Part shown: positions 49,801-57,684 of the stretch, piece after piece
Position numbering within the stretch: the first letter of the stretch is position 1
Layout of the letters: each line of letters starts with the position of its first letter
From: an uncultured Prevotella sp.
GTDB taxonomy: Bacteria > Bacteroidota > Bacteroidia > Bacteroidales > Bacteroidaceae
Direction: 5' to 3'
Assembly: GCA_946188165.1 (NCBI GenBank)
Contig: CAMHTW010000012.1
Location: 1,595-65,594 of the forward strand
Length of the DNA: 64,000 bases
Program-made: the position numbers and the translations under genes
Notes under the pieces: generated by a model
Told to the model about the DNA's origin: nothing
Seen by the model: the letters and a program-made list of their open reading frames with translations, nothing else
Databases searched by the model: none

Positions 49801-50526
49801 CACATAGTTCGGGTCTTCTTCAAGTAAGCCTGTCGTGACTTTGATATTGTCAATGGCATAGCATCGGTCGGTATTATCAACCTTCGATTCAACTCTAATT
49901 TTAGCAACGTCTTTTTTCAAAGAACCAATGGAGCCAAGAACGGTTTTTACTACTGTCCCGTTCTTTGAAAACGCCATTGAAATGCCACCACGTGCGGTGA
50001 TGGTAATGGCAATATGAGGATTACCTGTTGCTGTATAGGGTTTGCCGTTGCCTCCAAAACCATTGGCATTCTGCAAGTTAAAGGCCTCGAGACCTGCAAC
50101 ATCCTGTCCACCGATGGCTGTTGATGTTACTTTGCACGACTGGCTGTTATAGACATAGCTGGCCAACGCCATACCATCGCTGTTAAGAAGGGTGACGGTG
50201 GAATTGCGACTGTTGCTAAAATAGCCATGAAAGGCATCCCACTCAACAGTCACTGTCCCATCAACAGGTATAGATTGGCCATTGGCTCCGCTGATGACAC
50301 CGTCGACAGAAGTGTTGCAGACGGCCAATACGGGGCCAAAACCGGTCAGTTTAGTATCGTAGATGGCTGCCTTGCTGACTGCCATTTCCGTTGAAGTGAT
50401 GCCAAAGATGTTGGTGTTGTTGGAAAAGTCCTCTGTCAGCACAATTGTTTGTGCTTGGGCAGGCATCGTAACTGTCGCTACAGCTATGGTTAGTAACGTT
50501 GTCTTGATAAGTCTAAATAGTTTCAT
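46876..50526 (-). CDS. Multimodular SGNH/CE12-like rhamnogalacturonan acetylesterase with T9SS CTD
   Basis: MKFDFG...GFTLV...Y...GYGL module typical upstream of RG acetylesterases; SGNH blocks IGDSTS, GAGGRN, FGNNG, DHNH; Ig-like middle region; CTD SGI...YNLNGQRL...GVFIVGGKKLLLK. Confidence 0.75.
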   Translation of the reverse strand: MKLFRLIKTTLLTIAVATVTMPAQAQTIVLTEDFSNNTNIFGITSTEMAVSKAAIYDTKLTGFGPVLAVCNTSVDGVISGANGQSIPVDGTVTVEWDAFHGYFSNSRNSTVTLLNSDGMALASYVYNSQSCKVTSTAIGGQDVAGLEAFNLQNANGFGGNGKPYTATGNPHIAITITARGGISMAFSKNGTVVKTVLGSIGSLKKDVAKIRVESKVDNTDRCYAIDNIKVTTGLLEEDPNYVEPIVNTFISGADRMTFGPSTAESFRNPYTVVIIGADGTTITEESISEKVHDFRVVWDIEGFKTINDTEGQYCDSYGAFSVNGEGKVNTTFNLRDVPMNFFGRMTATITYNGTTTVAEKHVIAQGDPTMPTNQILPLGGYPSNLSVYPDALKGYKVTGETYGNANDLILGGWCVAGSDVHNALLLGDADGTKYVRLTASAAKKSHVLTQTIESPTGQLIFRNKLRFNNAGAVVTLTGGYPFWSSSRYTCPVTLNYTGTTMTLNGKTLKNGENDVQFTTGTWYQVVLSADKSSECCFAQVYSDNGQLLATSGVLPWAEASSPTYFSIGMDNNSTGTVDMAFYEVYKPQPTNFSLTADKTTLSIPNKESALLIASATDINGYEVTGLASWSVIEEDMQQSITITPDATDSHKAVITLTESAGAGTATIQVGIGGITKTIALSLTSSSESIKFTESATSITIPMDDGDTTTANFKAIVIDGEGNDLHNTVTLALYDRDNTQTLTNTPGISFDAQTGVLTVTAEAVPTLVTIRATGKNSQGDDLMKGVRVNIHGMKFDFGYADNDAVADGFTLVGPQTAYNVVNGYGLKNTTPSAGGNASGTDATADYLEGVLEFDFKVQKGVFYSIDITYQGTLTTGYINNDLAGYTLGTHSTLTTETYTLPATFDVADLRLAPSDATSVARLAQVTVTKQPQRQKRSKRVVHHIGDSTSANNGSWAYRLSKTLADYKELSELCDFHNDGAGGRNLSTYYTQGRLANVLRDIYPDDVVMFGNNGTNGMGSSFEADMNYYLNAAEMLGAKVIINSYTPHGAVSNYASGYDAQKHTFDSYRRDSYETIVRRVAEQRTKNDNNYLGFVEIGKNADAIFNAYVADYAGNGYSSADAAAQAIIQCFADHNHYSNSPLACQLMLNGYNTIPGIVEQLVRLLSEKNPSGISLPEGHTRQSKKAEVYNLNGQRLDANDLPSLRGVFIVGGKKLLLK

Positions 50527-50537
50527 TGTTTTATGAT

Positions 50538-52847
50538 TTATTTAGAATTAGTAGGTAAGATATAGAACGGACGATTGGGGGTGAAGTCAATCATCCACTG
50601 GTCCATGATGATGTGGTTGTCGAGGGCTTTTATCCGTAATGTGTGGCTACCTTTGTCCAACTTGACAGGTGTCTCCCTTAGGGCCTGCCCACGAAGGACA
50701 TTTTGTTTCCAACGCTCTGAACGGTAGGGCTCTTTCAACGAGATGGTGACGGGTGCCTGGTTGTCGAGCATCACCTGATAGCGAAGGTCACCGCGGTCGT
50801 TAGGCTGTGTCGGGATCATGGCCGTGTAGAGTATGGCATTGCCATCTTGGTGAGTATGGAAATGGTATATAACATCGCCATTCTTAGGAATGGAAACTGC
50901 CTCCATGGAATGACCGAGCATCTGGATGGTATGGCATCCTTTCGATGCAGCATCGTAGTCTACAGCATTGCATGCGATACCATAGAAAGGCTCATCATCT
51001 GACAATCGTCCACAAACATCTTCGAAGACGGGCAGTTGGCGTGGGGCGGCATCCATCAAACCATTCCACTTGCCATTGGCCAGTGCATTATAGCGTTGGG
51101 TCAGTGCTGCAATTTCCTCATAGGCAAGATGACTTGTTGCTGAATCGGAGACAATCTTACGTGTCATAGCTGCAGCAGCATAGATGGGGTAGGCGATATG
51201 CGCCTCGTATGCATCAGACAACTCAGGACGAATCAGTATACGGCATTTATCGACAATAGCCTTCAAACGTCCAAAAGCCTCTAAACGTTCTGCTGCTTCT
51301 TGGCGGGTTAGTCCAATGTCGGCTACACGCGACTTGCCACCAGGGTATTTCTTCTTGTCGAGTTCGACCTGTGTCCATCCCATAAACTCCGGTTTGCGGA
51401 TAGCACAAAGGCGGTAAAGCTCCTTCATCGCAGGGAACAGCTGTTTGCCAGCCTCGTTACCGAACTGCGTGCAAAGCCAACGTTCCAAATGCTGTTCCAG
51501 TGTCATTTTACTCCCCTCGCCAATCGGAGAAGGGCTGGGGGTGAGACTTTCAATATCCCACGCCATGTCGAGGAAGAACTCCAAATCGTAGGCAGCCACC
51601 TTGGGGTCATGGACGTTGGCAATCCACAGTTTACGGCAGTTGTGGTCGTAGGCGGCCTTCATCTCAGAATAGATAAGACCGGGCTGCGTGGTGGTCAGCC
51701 AAAGGTGGTCGTGCGGACGACCCCAATAACTCAAGTGATAATAGACGCCACCCCCACCGCTGCGCTTCTGTTGTTCGGCATCTGAGAGGCGGGTCATATA
51801 GCCATAGTTGTCATCGCACCACATGAGGGTCACATCGTCGGGCACCTGCAAGCCACTTTCCAGAATTTCCAGAACTTCTTTATAGGGTATAAAGACCTGT
51901 GGCACCTTTTCTACATCTTTACGATAGTATTTGCGGATGAGTTTGCGCTGATCGTCGATGACCTGCTGCAGACCGTTGAGCTTTTCTTCCTTGGTCTTGA
52001 CACCTTCCATAGAACCATCATGGATGCCGCGCATGCCGATGGTAAAGAGCTCTTCGCTACCTTTCACCTCCTTCAGACGCTCTATCCAGTACTGTTGCAC
52101 CTGTTCTCGGTTGGTGATATAGTTATATGGGCCACGTTTCTTGTGGTCCCACTCAGCCACATTGTTGCGAAGCAGAGGTTCGCAATGCGAGGTTCCGATG
52201 AGGATGCCGCATGAGTCAGCCATCTCTTTGTTGCCCTTGACAGTGAAGAAACCTAAAGTCCCTTCGTGCATGGCTGGCCAGAGGGCGTTGGCACGCAGGC
52301 GTAGTAGCAATTGGAAGATGCGCTTGTAGGTCTTTGGTCCCATCTTGTCGGCAGACCAACGACGTAACGACCAGTCTTCATCGTTGATAAAGATGCCACG
52401 ATAAGCCACCGATGGGGTTTGTTCTATCTTCGTCGACTCGTCAAAAACGAGACGGGAACGGCGTTCGGGCACCACATCGCCCCACCAGATCCATGGTGAT
52501 ACGCCTGCCATCCGCGAGAGTTCCAGAAGCCCATAAGCTGTGCCGCGTCCGTTGTGCCCCTCTACTAATATCTGACCGTTTTTCACGCTCAGCTGAAAAC
52601 CATCGTCCTTACCTTTTCCCTGAACAATGCGGATGCTGGCTTCTTTTGACGATACCGGCCTCAAACCGGTGACTTGTTCCATGTCGTCACAAAACATCTG
52701 CAGTGCCATTTTTACCACTGGGTCTGTTTTTCCAACTACTTGATAGCTAACAGGTTTTGTGCCGTCGAACCATACGACGCTGGCCCTTGTTACTGTGGAT
52801 AAGCCACAGCAAAGGATAAATAAAAGTGTTTTGAGTTTTTCCCCCAT
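50538..52847 (-). CDS. GH115 alpha-glucuronidase family protein
   Basis: RGTAYGLLELSRMAGVSPWIWWGDV, YRGIFINDEDW, LWPAMH, GTSHCEP, GMRGIHD, DDNYGY, GVYYHLSYWG. Confidence 0.9.
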   Translation of the reverse strand: MGEKLKTLLFILCCGLSTVTRASVVWFDGTKPVSYQVVGKTDPVVKMALQMFCDDMEQVTGLRPVSSKEASIRIVQGKGKDDGFQLSVKNGQILVEGHNGRGTAYGLLELSRMAGVSPWIWWGDVVPERRSRLVFDESTKIEQTPSVAYRGIFINDEDWSLRRWSADKMGPKTYKRIFQLLLRLRANALWPAMHEGTLGFFTVKGNKEMADSCGILIGTSHCEPLLRNNVAEWDHKKRGPYNYITNREQVQQYWIERLKEVKGSEELFTIGMRGIHDGSMEGVKTKEEKLNGLQQVIDDQRKLIRKYYRKDVEKVPQVFIPYKEVLEILESGLQVPDDVTLMWCDDNYGYMTRLSDAEQQKRSGGGGVYYHLSYWGRPHDHLWLTTTQPGLIYSEMKAAYDHNCRKLWIANVHDPKVAAYDLEFFLDMAWDIESLTPSPSPIGEGSKMTLEQHLERWLCTQFGNEAGKQLFPAMKELYRLCAIRKPEFMGWTQVELDKKKYPGGKSRVADIGLTRQEAAERLEAFGRLKAIVDKCRILIRPELSDAYEAHIAYPIYAAAAMTRKIVSDSATSHLAYEEIAALTQRYNALANGKWNGLMDAAPRQLPVFEDVCGRLSDDEPFYGIACNAVDYDAASKGCHTIQMLGHSMEAVSIPKNGDVIYHFHTHQDGNAILYTAMIPTQPNDRGDLRYQVMLDNQAPVTISLKEPYRSERWKQNVLRGQALRETPVKLDKGSHTLRIKALDNHIIMDQWMIDFTPNRPFYILPTNSK
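51511..51547 (-). repeat. REP-like palindromic element inserted in frame in GH115
   Basis: Minus strand GTCTCACCCCCAGCCCTTCTCCGATTGGCGAGGGGAG, encoding SLTPSPSPIGEGS. Confidence 0.7.
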
Positions 52848-52849
52848 AT

Positions 52850-54241
52850 TTAAAGCCCCCTGTCTTTACGAATCAGTTCTAACAAACGGTCGACGGCCTC
52901 ACTCTCGGGAATATTCTTTTCGATGCATTCCTTGCCTTTATAGAGGGAAATCTTGCCACGACCGGCACCGACATAGCCATAGTCGGCATCGGCCATTTCG
53001 CCAGGACCATTGACGATACACCCCATAATGCCAATCTTCAGACCTACCAGATCTTTGGTGGCAGCTTTAATCTTAGCGATAGTCTCCTGCAGGTTGTAGA
53101 GCGTGCGTCCGCAGCCAGGGCAAGAGATATATTCGGTCTTGGTGAATTTGATGCGGGCGGCCTGCAATATCGCATCTGAAAGAGTTGAGAGTTGAGCGTG
53201 GAGCGTGTAGAGCTTGCTACCGCCGACAAGTGAAATCTCCAACTTCGTTGCTTTTCTATCGATAAACAGGGCACCGACGGCCATAGCGGCTTTGAGTTGG
53301 AGGGTTTCCCAATCAGTGGCGTCAAGCGTCAGGGAGATAGTGTCGTCTTTGATACTGGCCTCGGCCTCAGCACGTAGCTTCGTGCATTCCGGGATAAGTT
53401 CTACCAGTTTGCGGGCCACGGGAATTTCGCACTCAGGTTCTTCGGAGAGCGATACGCGGATGGTGTCGCCAATGCCCTCGGTCAGCAAAGCTCCAATGCC
53501 AACAGCCGATTTGATGCGCCCATCTTCACCCTCGCCAGCCTCAGTGACACCTAAGTGTAGTGGGTAGTGCATATCCTCTGCATCCATGGTCTTTACCAAC
53601 AGGCGCACGGTGGTGACCATCACGACCGTGTTTGATGCTTTGATGCTGATGACAACATCGTTAAAGTGTTCACGGCGGAAGATGCGCAGGAACTCCATGC
53701 AGCTTTCTACGATGCCCTCGGGCGTATCTCCATAGCGTGACATGATGCGGTCGCTGAGTGACCCATGGTTTACACCGATGCGCACAGCAGTATGATGCTC
53801 CTTACATATATTAATGAAAGGTACAAGCTTGGTTTCAATCTTCTTCAGTTCCTCCTGATATTCCTCGTCGGTATATTCCAGATGCTTGAAGGTACGTCCC
53901 GGATCGACATAGTTACCTGGATTGATGCGAACCTTCTCGCAATACTGTGCAGCCACATCAGCAGTATGGGCTGTGAAGTGGACATCGGCAACAAGGGGCG
54001 TCGTGTAACCATCAGCTTTTAAACGGGCAGAGATGTTTTTCATGTTCTCTGCCTCGCGCGTGCCCTGTGTCGTGAAACGAACTAATTCGCCACCAGCATC
54101 GATGATACGCTTAGCTTGTGCTACGCTGGCTTCTGTGTCGTTAGTATCAGTGGTCGCCATCGATTGGATGCGGATGGGATTGTTGCCACCGATTTCGATG
54201 TTGCCCACATGGGCTACACTGCTAATTCGTCTTGTAGTCAT
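52850..54241 (-). CDS. ispG: (E)-4-hydroxy-3-methylbut-2-enyl-diphosphate synthase
   Basis: PIRIQSMATT, PLVADVHF, RINPGN, RIGVNHGSL, PLHLGVTEAG, GIGDTIRVSL, CPGCGRT, MGCIVNGPGE. Confidence 0.97.
   Translation of the reverse strand: MTTRRISSVAHVGNIEIGGNNPIRIQSMATTDTNDTEASVAQAKRIIDAGGELVRFTTQGTREAENMKNISARLKADGYTTPLVADVHFTAHTADVAAQYCEKVRINPGNYVDPGRTFKHLEYTDEEYQEELKKIETKLVPFINICKEHHTAVRIGVNHGSLSDRIMSRYGDTPEGIVESCMEFLRIFRREHFNDVVISIKASNTVVMVTTVRLLVKTMDAEDMHYPLHLGVTEAGEGEDGRIKSAVGIGALLTEGIGDTIRVSLSEEPECEIPVARKLVELIPECTKLRAEAEASIKDDTISLTLDATDWETLQLKAAMAVGALFIDRKATKLEISLVGGSKLYTLHAQLSTLSDAILQAARIKFTKTEYISCPGCGRTLYNLQETIAKIKAATKDLVGLKIGIMGCIVNGPGEMADADYGYVGAGRGKISLYKGKECIEKNIPESEAVDRLLELIRKDRGL
53176..53212. 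repeat. Heptamer tandem array inside ispG
   Basis: ctgaaag agttgag agttgag cgtggag cgtgtag; encodes LYTLHAQLSTLS. Confidence 0.6.
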
Positions 54242-54728
54242 ACTTTACTTCTGCTAAGTCCTTGTTTGCCTTTTCTATCTTTGCCTTCAGACCAGACTTG
54301 TAGTCGGCCAGGCGCTGGGCAATGGCCGCATCGGTAAGTGCCAGCATTTCTACAGCTAAGATGGCCGCATTCTGAGCAGCATTCACACCAACCGTAGCTA
54401 CAGGGATGCCCGGCGGCATCTGGATGATGCTCAGCATGGCATCAAGACCGTCGAGCATACCCTTGATAGGTACACCAATGACGGGTAGGGTGGTGGAAGC
54501 TGCGATAACGCCTGGCAGTGCGGCAGCCATGCCGGCAGCAGCAATAATCACTTTCAAACCACGCTCTTTGGCGCTGCTGGCAAATGCCTCAACGGCCTCA
54601 GGCGTACGATGGGCAGAGAGGGCATTGACCTCAAACGGTACCTGCAGGTCATTCAATAACTGACAGGCTTTTTCCATAACGGGCAGATCACTGGTGCTAC
54701 CCATGATAATACTAACTAATGGTTTCAT
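54222..54728 (-). CDS. purE: N5-CAIR mutase
   Basis: IIMGSTSD, SAHRTP, AGMAAALPG, PVIGVP, SIIQMPPGIPVATV; overlaps the ispG start by 20 nt. Confidence 0.97.
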   Translation of the reverse strand: MKPLVSIIMGSTSDLPVMEKACQLLNDLQVPFEVNALSAHRTPEAVEAFASSAKERGLKVIIAAAGMAAALPGVIAASTTLPVIGVPIKGMLDGLDAMLSIIQMPPGIPVATVGVNAAQNAAILAVEMLALTDAAIAQRLADYKSGLKAKIEKANKDLAEVKYDYKTN

Positions 54729-54734
54729 ATGTAC

Positions 54735-54790
54735 ATTTATTAATTTACTGATTTACCGATTTGTTTGATTCAATTTCTCATTCTCTCAAT
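54735..54790. repeat. Octamer tandem arrays in the intergenic gap
   Basis: atttatta atttactg atttaccg atttgttt, then gattcaat ttctcatt ctctcaat. Confidence 0.55.
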
Positions 54791-54792
54791 TA

Positions 54793-55416
54793 TTAAAGAA
54801 AGAGAATGGCGCCAGCAGCACAGACGAAGCCTATCCAGAAGCCGCCGACGACCTGTCCCAGTGTGTGCTGACGCAGAATCATACGACTGGTGCCTACCAG
54901 CCCTGCTGCAAGAAACACCAGACAGAACCACCAGATGGGATTAAACATCAGATAAGCCGAGAAGGCAAATAAGGCGCCACCCACACCACCAATGGCAGCA
55001 GAATGCGTGGAAATTTTCCACACCACATTGATAAGGGCACATACGATCTGCACCAACAGACCAGCCGCAATGATGTTGGACATGAAGTGGGGCATGTGGA
55101 GGCGTTGCATGACGTAGATGCACGTGAAATAGCAGATGATAGAGATGGCGTATGGTACCATACGACGTTCGCGGTGTCCCAGTTCAATGAGGCTCCAACC
55201 CTGATAGCGTCGGTAGAGATGAATCATCAACGTGGGCAACAGAATGGTAAACAGGTAGACCATGGTCAGCACTTGTAGCTTATAGGCCCATGGAAACATG
55301 CTGAGATAACTGAACACAAAGAGGATGACCATACCCATAAAAGGTAGGTAGAATGGTGTGAACACCATGCTCACTATACGTGCAGCCAATATGAATTGTT
55401 TCTCTCGTTTCATCAT
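54793..55416 (-). CDS. PAP2-like integral membrane protein
   Basis: Several TM helices; KISTHS and SRMILRQHT motifs resemble PAP2 C2/C3; position next to rpoN as in Bacteroidales. Confidence 0.7.
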   Translation of the reverse strand: MMKREKQFILAARIVSMVFTPFYLPFMGMVILFVFSYLSMFPWAYKLQVLTMVYLFTILLPTLMIHLYRRYQGWSLIELGHRERRMVPYAISIICYFTCIYVMQRLHMPHFMSNIIAAGLLVQIVCALINVVWKISTHSAAIGGVGGALFAFSAYLMFNPIWWFCLVFLAAGLVGTSRMILRQHTLGQVVGGFWIGFVCAAGAILFL

Positions 55417-55422
55417 CTTAAT

Positions 55423-55462
55423 ATCTCATTCTCTCATTTTCTCAATATCTCAATCTCTTAAT
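55423..55462. repeat. Octamer tandem array (NTCTCAWT x5)
   Basis: atctcatt ctctcatt ttctcaat atctcaat ctcttaat fills the gap between rpoN and the next gene. Confidence 0.75.
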
Positions 55463-56961
55463 CAGCGACGCAGTCGTGCAATAGGTATTCCCATTTGTTC
55501 ACGATATTTGCTCACCGTCCGGCGTGCAATAGGAAAGCCTTGTTCTCCGAGCATCCTTTGTATGATCTCGTCGCTTAAAGGCTTCTGCTTGTCTTCATGC
55601 TGGATAATGTCGCGAATCGCGGCCTTGATTTCGCGTGTCGACAACTCATCGCCCTCTGCCGTCTTCAGACCATCGCTGAAGAAGAAACGCAGGGGGAATG
55701 TACCCCAACGGGTTTGTGCATATTTCGAATTGCTGACACGTGAAATGGTACTCAGGTCGAGCCCTGTCCGTTCAGCAATGTCTTTTAATATCATTGGTCG
55801 TAACAAGGCTTCATCGCCCTCTTCAAAGAAACGGTGCTGCCATTGGATGATGGCCTGCATCGTGATGGTCAGTGTATGCTGACGCTGGCGGATAGCTGCA
55901 ATAAAGTTCTGGGCAGCATCCACCTTGGTCTTGGTATAGAGCAAGGCTTCTTTCATCTGACGGCTCATGTGCTCCTTGTCAGCCTGGTATTCGCGTAGTG
56001 TATCGACAAACGATTGTGATACTGTCAACTCTGGTACATCGCTATGGTTGAGCACAAAAGTCACGCTACCATCGTCGTGGGTGTCAACAATGAAGTCGGG
56101 TGTAATCTGTTGCACCGAGTGTCCCATCGTCTCCCCCATAGACGTACCAGGCTTGGGATTGAGCTTACGTAACTCACGAATCAATGCTTCGGCCTGCAAC
56201 TCTGTGATGCGAAGGGCCGAACGTAACTGTTTCCAATGTTTCTTCGTGAAGAGGTCGAAGTATTGCTCGATAGCCTTTTGCATCAGTTCCTTCAGTCGTG
56301 ACGGTTCACGACGGTCTATCTGTAGCAACAGACATTCCTGCAGTGAGCGGGCACCAATGCCTGCGGGGTCGAACTGCTGCAACTGCAACAGCACGTGTTC
56401 TATCTCTGATGAAGAGGCATCGAGGTTATGGTAGATAGCCAGCTCGTCGCTGAGCTGTGAGAGTGATTTCCGTAACAGACCATCATCGTCGAGCGAACCT
56501 ATCAGGTACTCCATGATATATCGTTCACGTTCGCTCAGGCGAGCCATCGTCATCTGTTCCAAAAGCTGGTCGTAGAACGAGTCGCTCTGAGCCATCACGC
56601 CTTGTTCAGTATTGCCGTCATCCTGCTGGCGTTCGCCACCATAGTAAACAGGCAATTCCTCGTCATCGCGTCCGATAGACTCTAAAGCCTCATCAAGAGC
56701 AGATTGCCGCTCTTCATCTTCATAATCTGAATGATCGGTATTCTCTGTGTTCCCGGAATTTTCAGGAAAGTCTGCATAATCATCGCCAGAACTGGCTAAC
56801 TCGATGGCGGGATTGTCGTCCATCTCGGCATTCACACGCTCTACAAGTTGTGTGATTGGCAGTTCCACAAGCTGGGCATGCAACAGTTGTTGCTGCGTGA
56901 TGCTCTGCGCCAACCGTTGCTCCTGTGTGAGCCGCTGTTCCTGAATCTGATTATTTCCCAT
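55462..56961 (-). CDS. rpoN: RNA polymerase sigma-54 factor
   Basis: Q/L-rich region I, QQFDPAGIGARSLQECLLLQ, LRPMILKDIA, STISRV, KPLSD, RpoN box ARRTVSKYRE. Confidence 0.97.
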   Translation of the reverse strand: MGNNQIQEQRLTQEQRLAQSITQQQLLHAQLVELPITQLVERVNAEMDDNPAIELASSGDDYADFPENSGNTENTDHSDYEDEERQSALDEALESIGRDDEELPVYYGGERQQDDGNTEQGVMAQSDSFYDQLLEQMTMARLSERERYIMEYLIGSLDDDGLLRKSLSQLSDELAIYHNLDASSSEIEHVLLQLQQFDPAGIGARSLQECLLLQIDRREPSRLKELMQKAIEQYFDLFTKKHWKQLRSALRITELQAEALIRELRKLNPKPGTSMGETMGHSVQQITPDFIVDTHDDGSVTFVLNHSDVPELTVSQSFVDTLREYQADKEHMSRQMKEALLYTKTKVDAAQNFIAAIRQRQHTLTITMQAIIQWQHRFFEEGDEALLRPMILKDIAERTGLDLSTISRVSNSKYAQTRWGTFPLRFFFSDGLKTAEGDELSTREIKAAIRDIIQHEDKQKPLSDEIIQRMLGEQGFPIARRTVSKYREQMGIPIARLRR

Positions 56962-56998
56962 TTTCTTGATTCCTTATTTTCTCAATTATCTCTCAATG

Positions 56999-57646
56999 TC
57001 ATTTAAAATATGCACTGAGTTGTTCGGCATATTCTGCCAGTTGGGAAGTCTCCCAATTAGCATAGCGTTCCCATATCTGGCGACAAGGCTGTAATAAGAT
57101 ACTGTCAGGTTGCTTCTGACGACGCAGATATGGGTCAAGATACTGATAGAGACATAACACCTCGACAGTCAATTTGGCAGGTATCCGCATGAGACGAGAC
57201 AAATCCTGTACCTCTGGGGTCTCTACCACCATCGTGATGGGTGTCAAACGGAAATAGAGGTCGATGATGATGATCAGCATAAAGGGCATCAGACGAGGAT
57301 CTTCAGTCAGAGGACGGAAGTCCCCTTCAAACGTCTCTTCGATGGCAACACCCTCGAAGAAATCACCTGCTGAATTAAAGCCTTTCATCTCGCGCAGTAG
57401 GCGGACAGCGCGGGTCAGGCGTTGCGGATTCTGGCTATATTCCTTCCAGATGCGCTCAATACGGGGTGTCTCCAGATTGGCGATGTCGTTCTGGCGCTGA
57501 TAAAGTTGCTGAGGTGCAATATGCAACTCGAGACTCAAGCTAACCATTTCCCGACTATACATGGGTTTCACACCTACCGGCTTATGCAGATAGAGTTGCA
57601 TAAGCAGCAGCCAATAGTCATCATTCCATAATTGATTCTTTGCCAT
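56999..57646 (-). CDS. Hypothetical protein made of two tandem helical domains resembling the N-terminal domain of some HNH restriction endonucleases; no nuclease domain
   Basis: Repeat 1 WNDDYWLLLMQLY...IANLE...IWKEY; repeat 2 LIIIIDLY...YQYLDPYL...IWERY...LAEYAEQL. Confidence 0.6.
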   Translation of the reverse strand: MAKNQLWNDDYWLLLMQLYLHKPVGVKPMYSREMVSLSLELHIAPQQLYQRQNDIANLETPRIERIWKEYSQNPQRLTRAVRLLREMKGFNSAGDFFEGVAIEETFEGDFRPLTEDPRLMPFMLIIIIDLYFRLTPITMVVETPEVQDLSRLMRIPAKLTVEVLCLYQYLDPYLRRQKQPDSILLQPCRQIWERYANWETSQLAEYAEQLSAYFK

Positions 57647-57649
57647 ATC

Positions 57650-57684
57650 TCTTACATCTTACATCATACATCATACATCTCACA
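57650..57684. repeat. Heptamer tandem array (TCWYACA x5) overlapping a stop codon
   Basis: tcttaca tcttaca tcataca tcataca tctcaca; contains the upstream gene's TGA (57680-57682). Confidence 0.75.

Noticed and set aside
52852-52866. aaagccccctgtc at the ispG 3' end as another repeat remnant
   Set aside because: Too short, with no second copy in the window.
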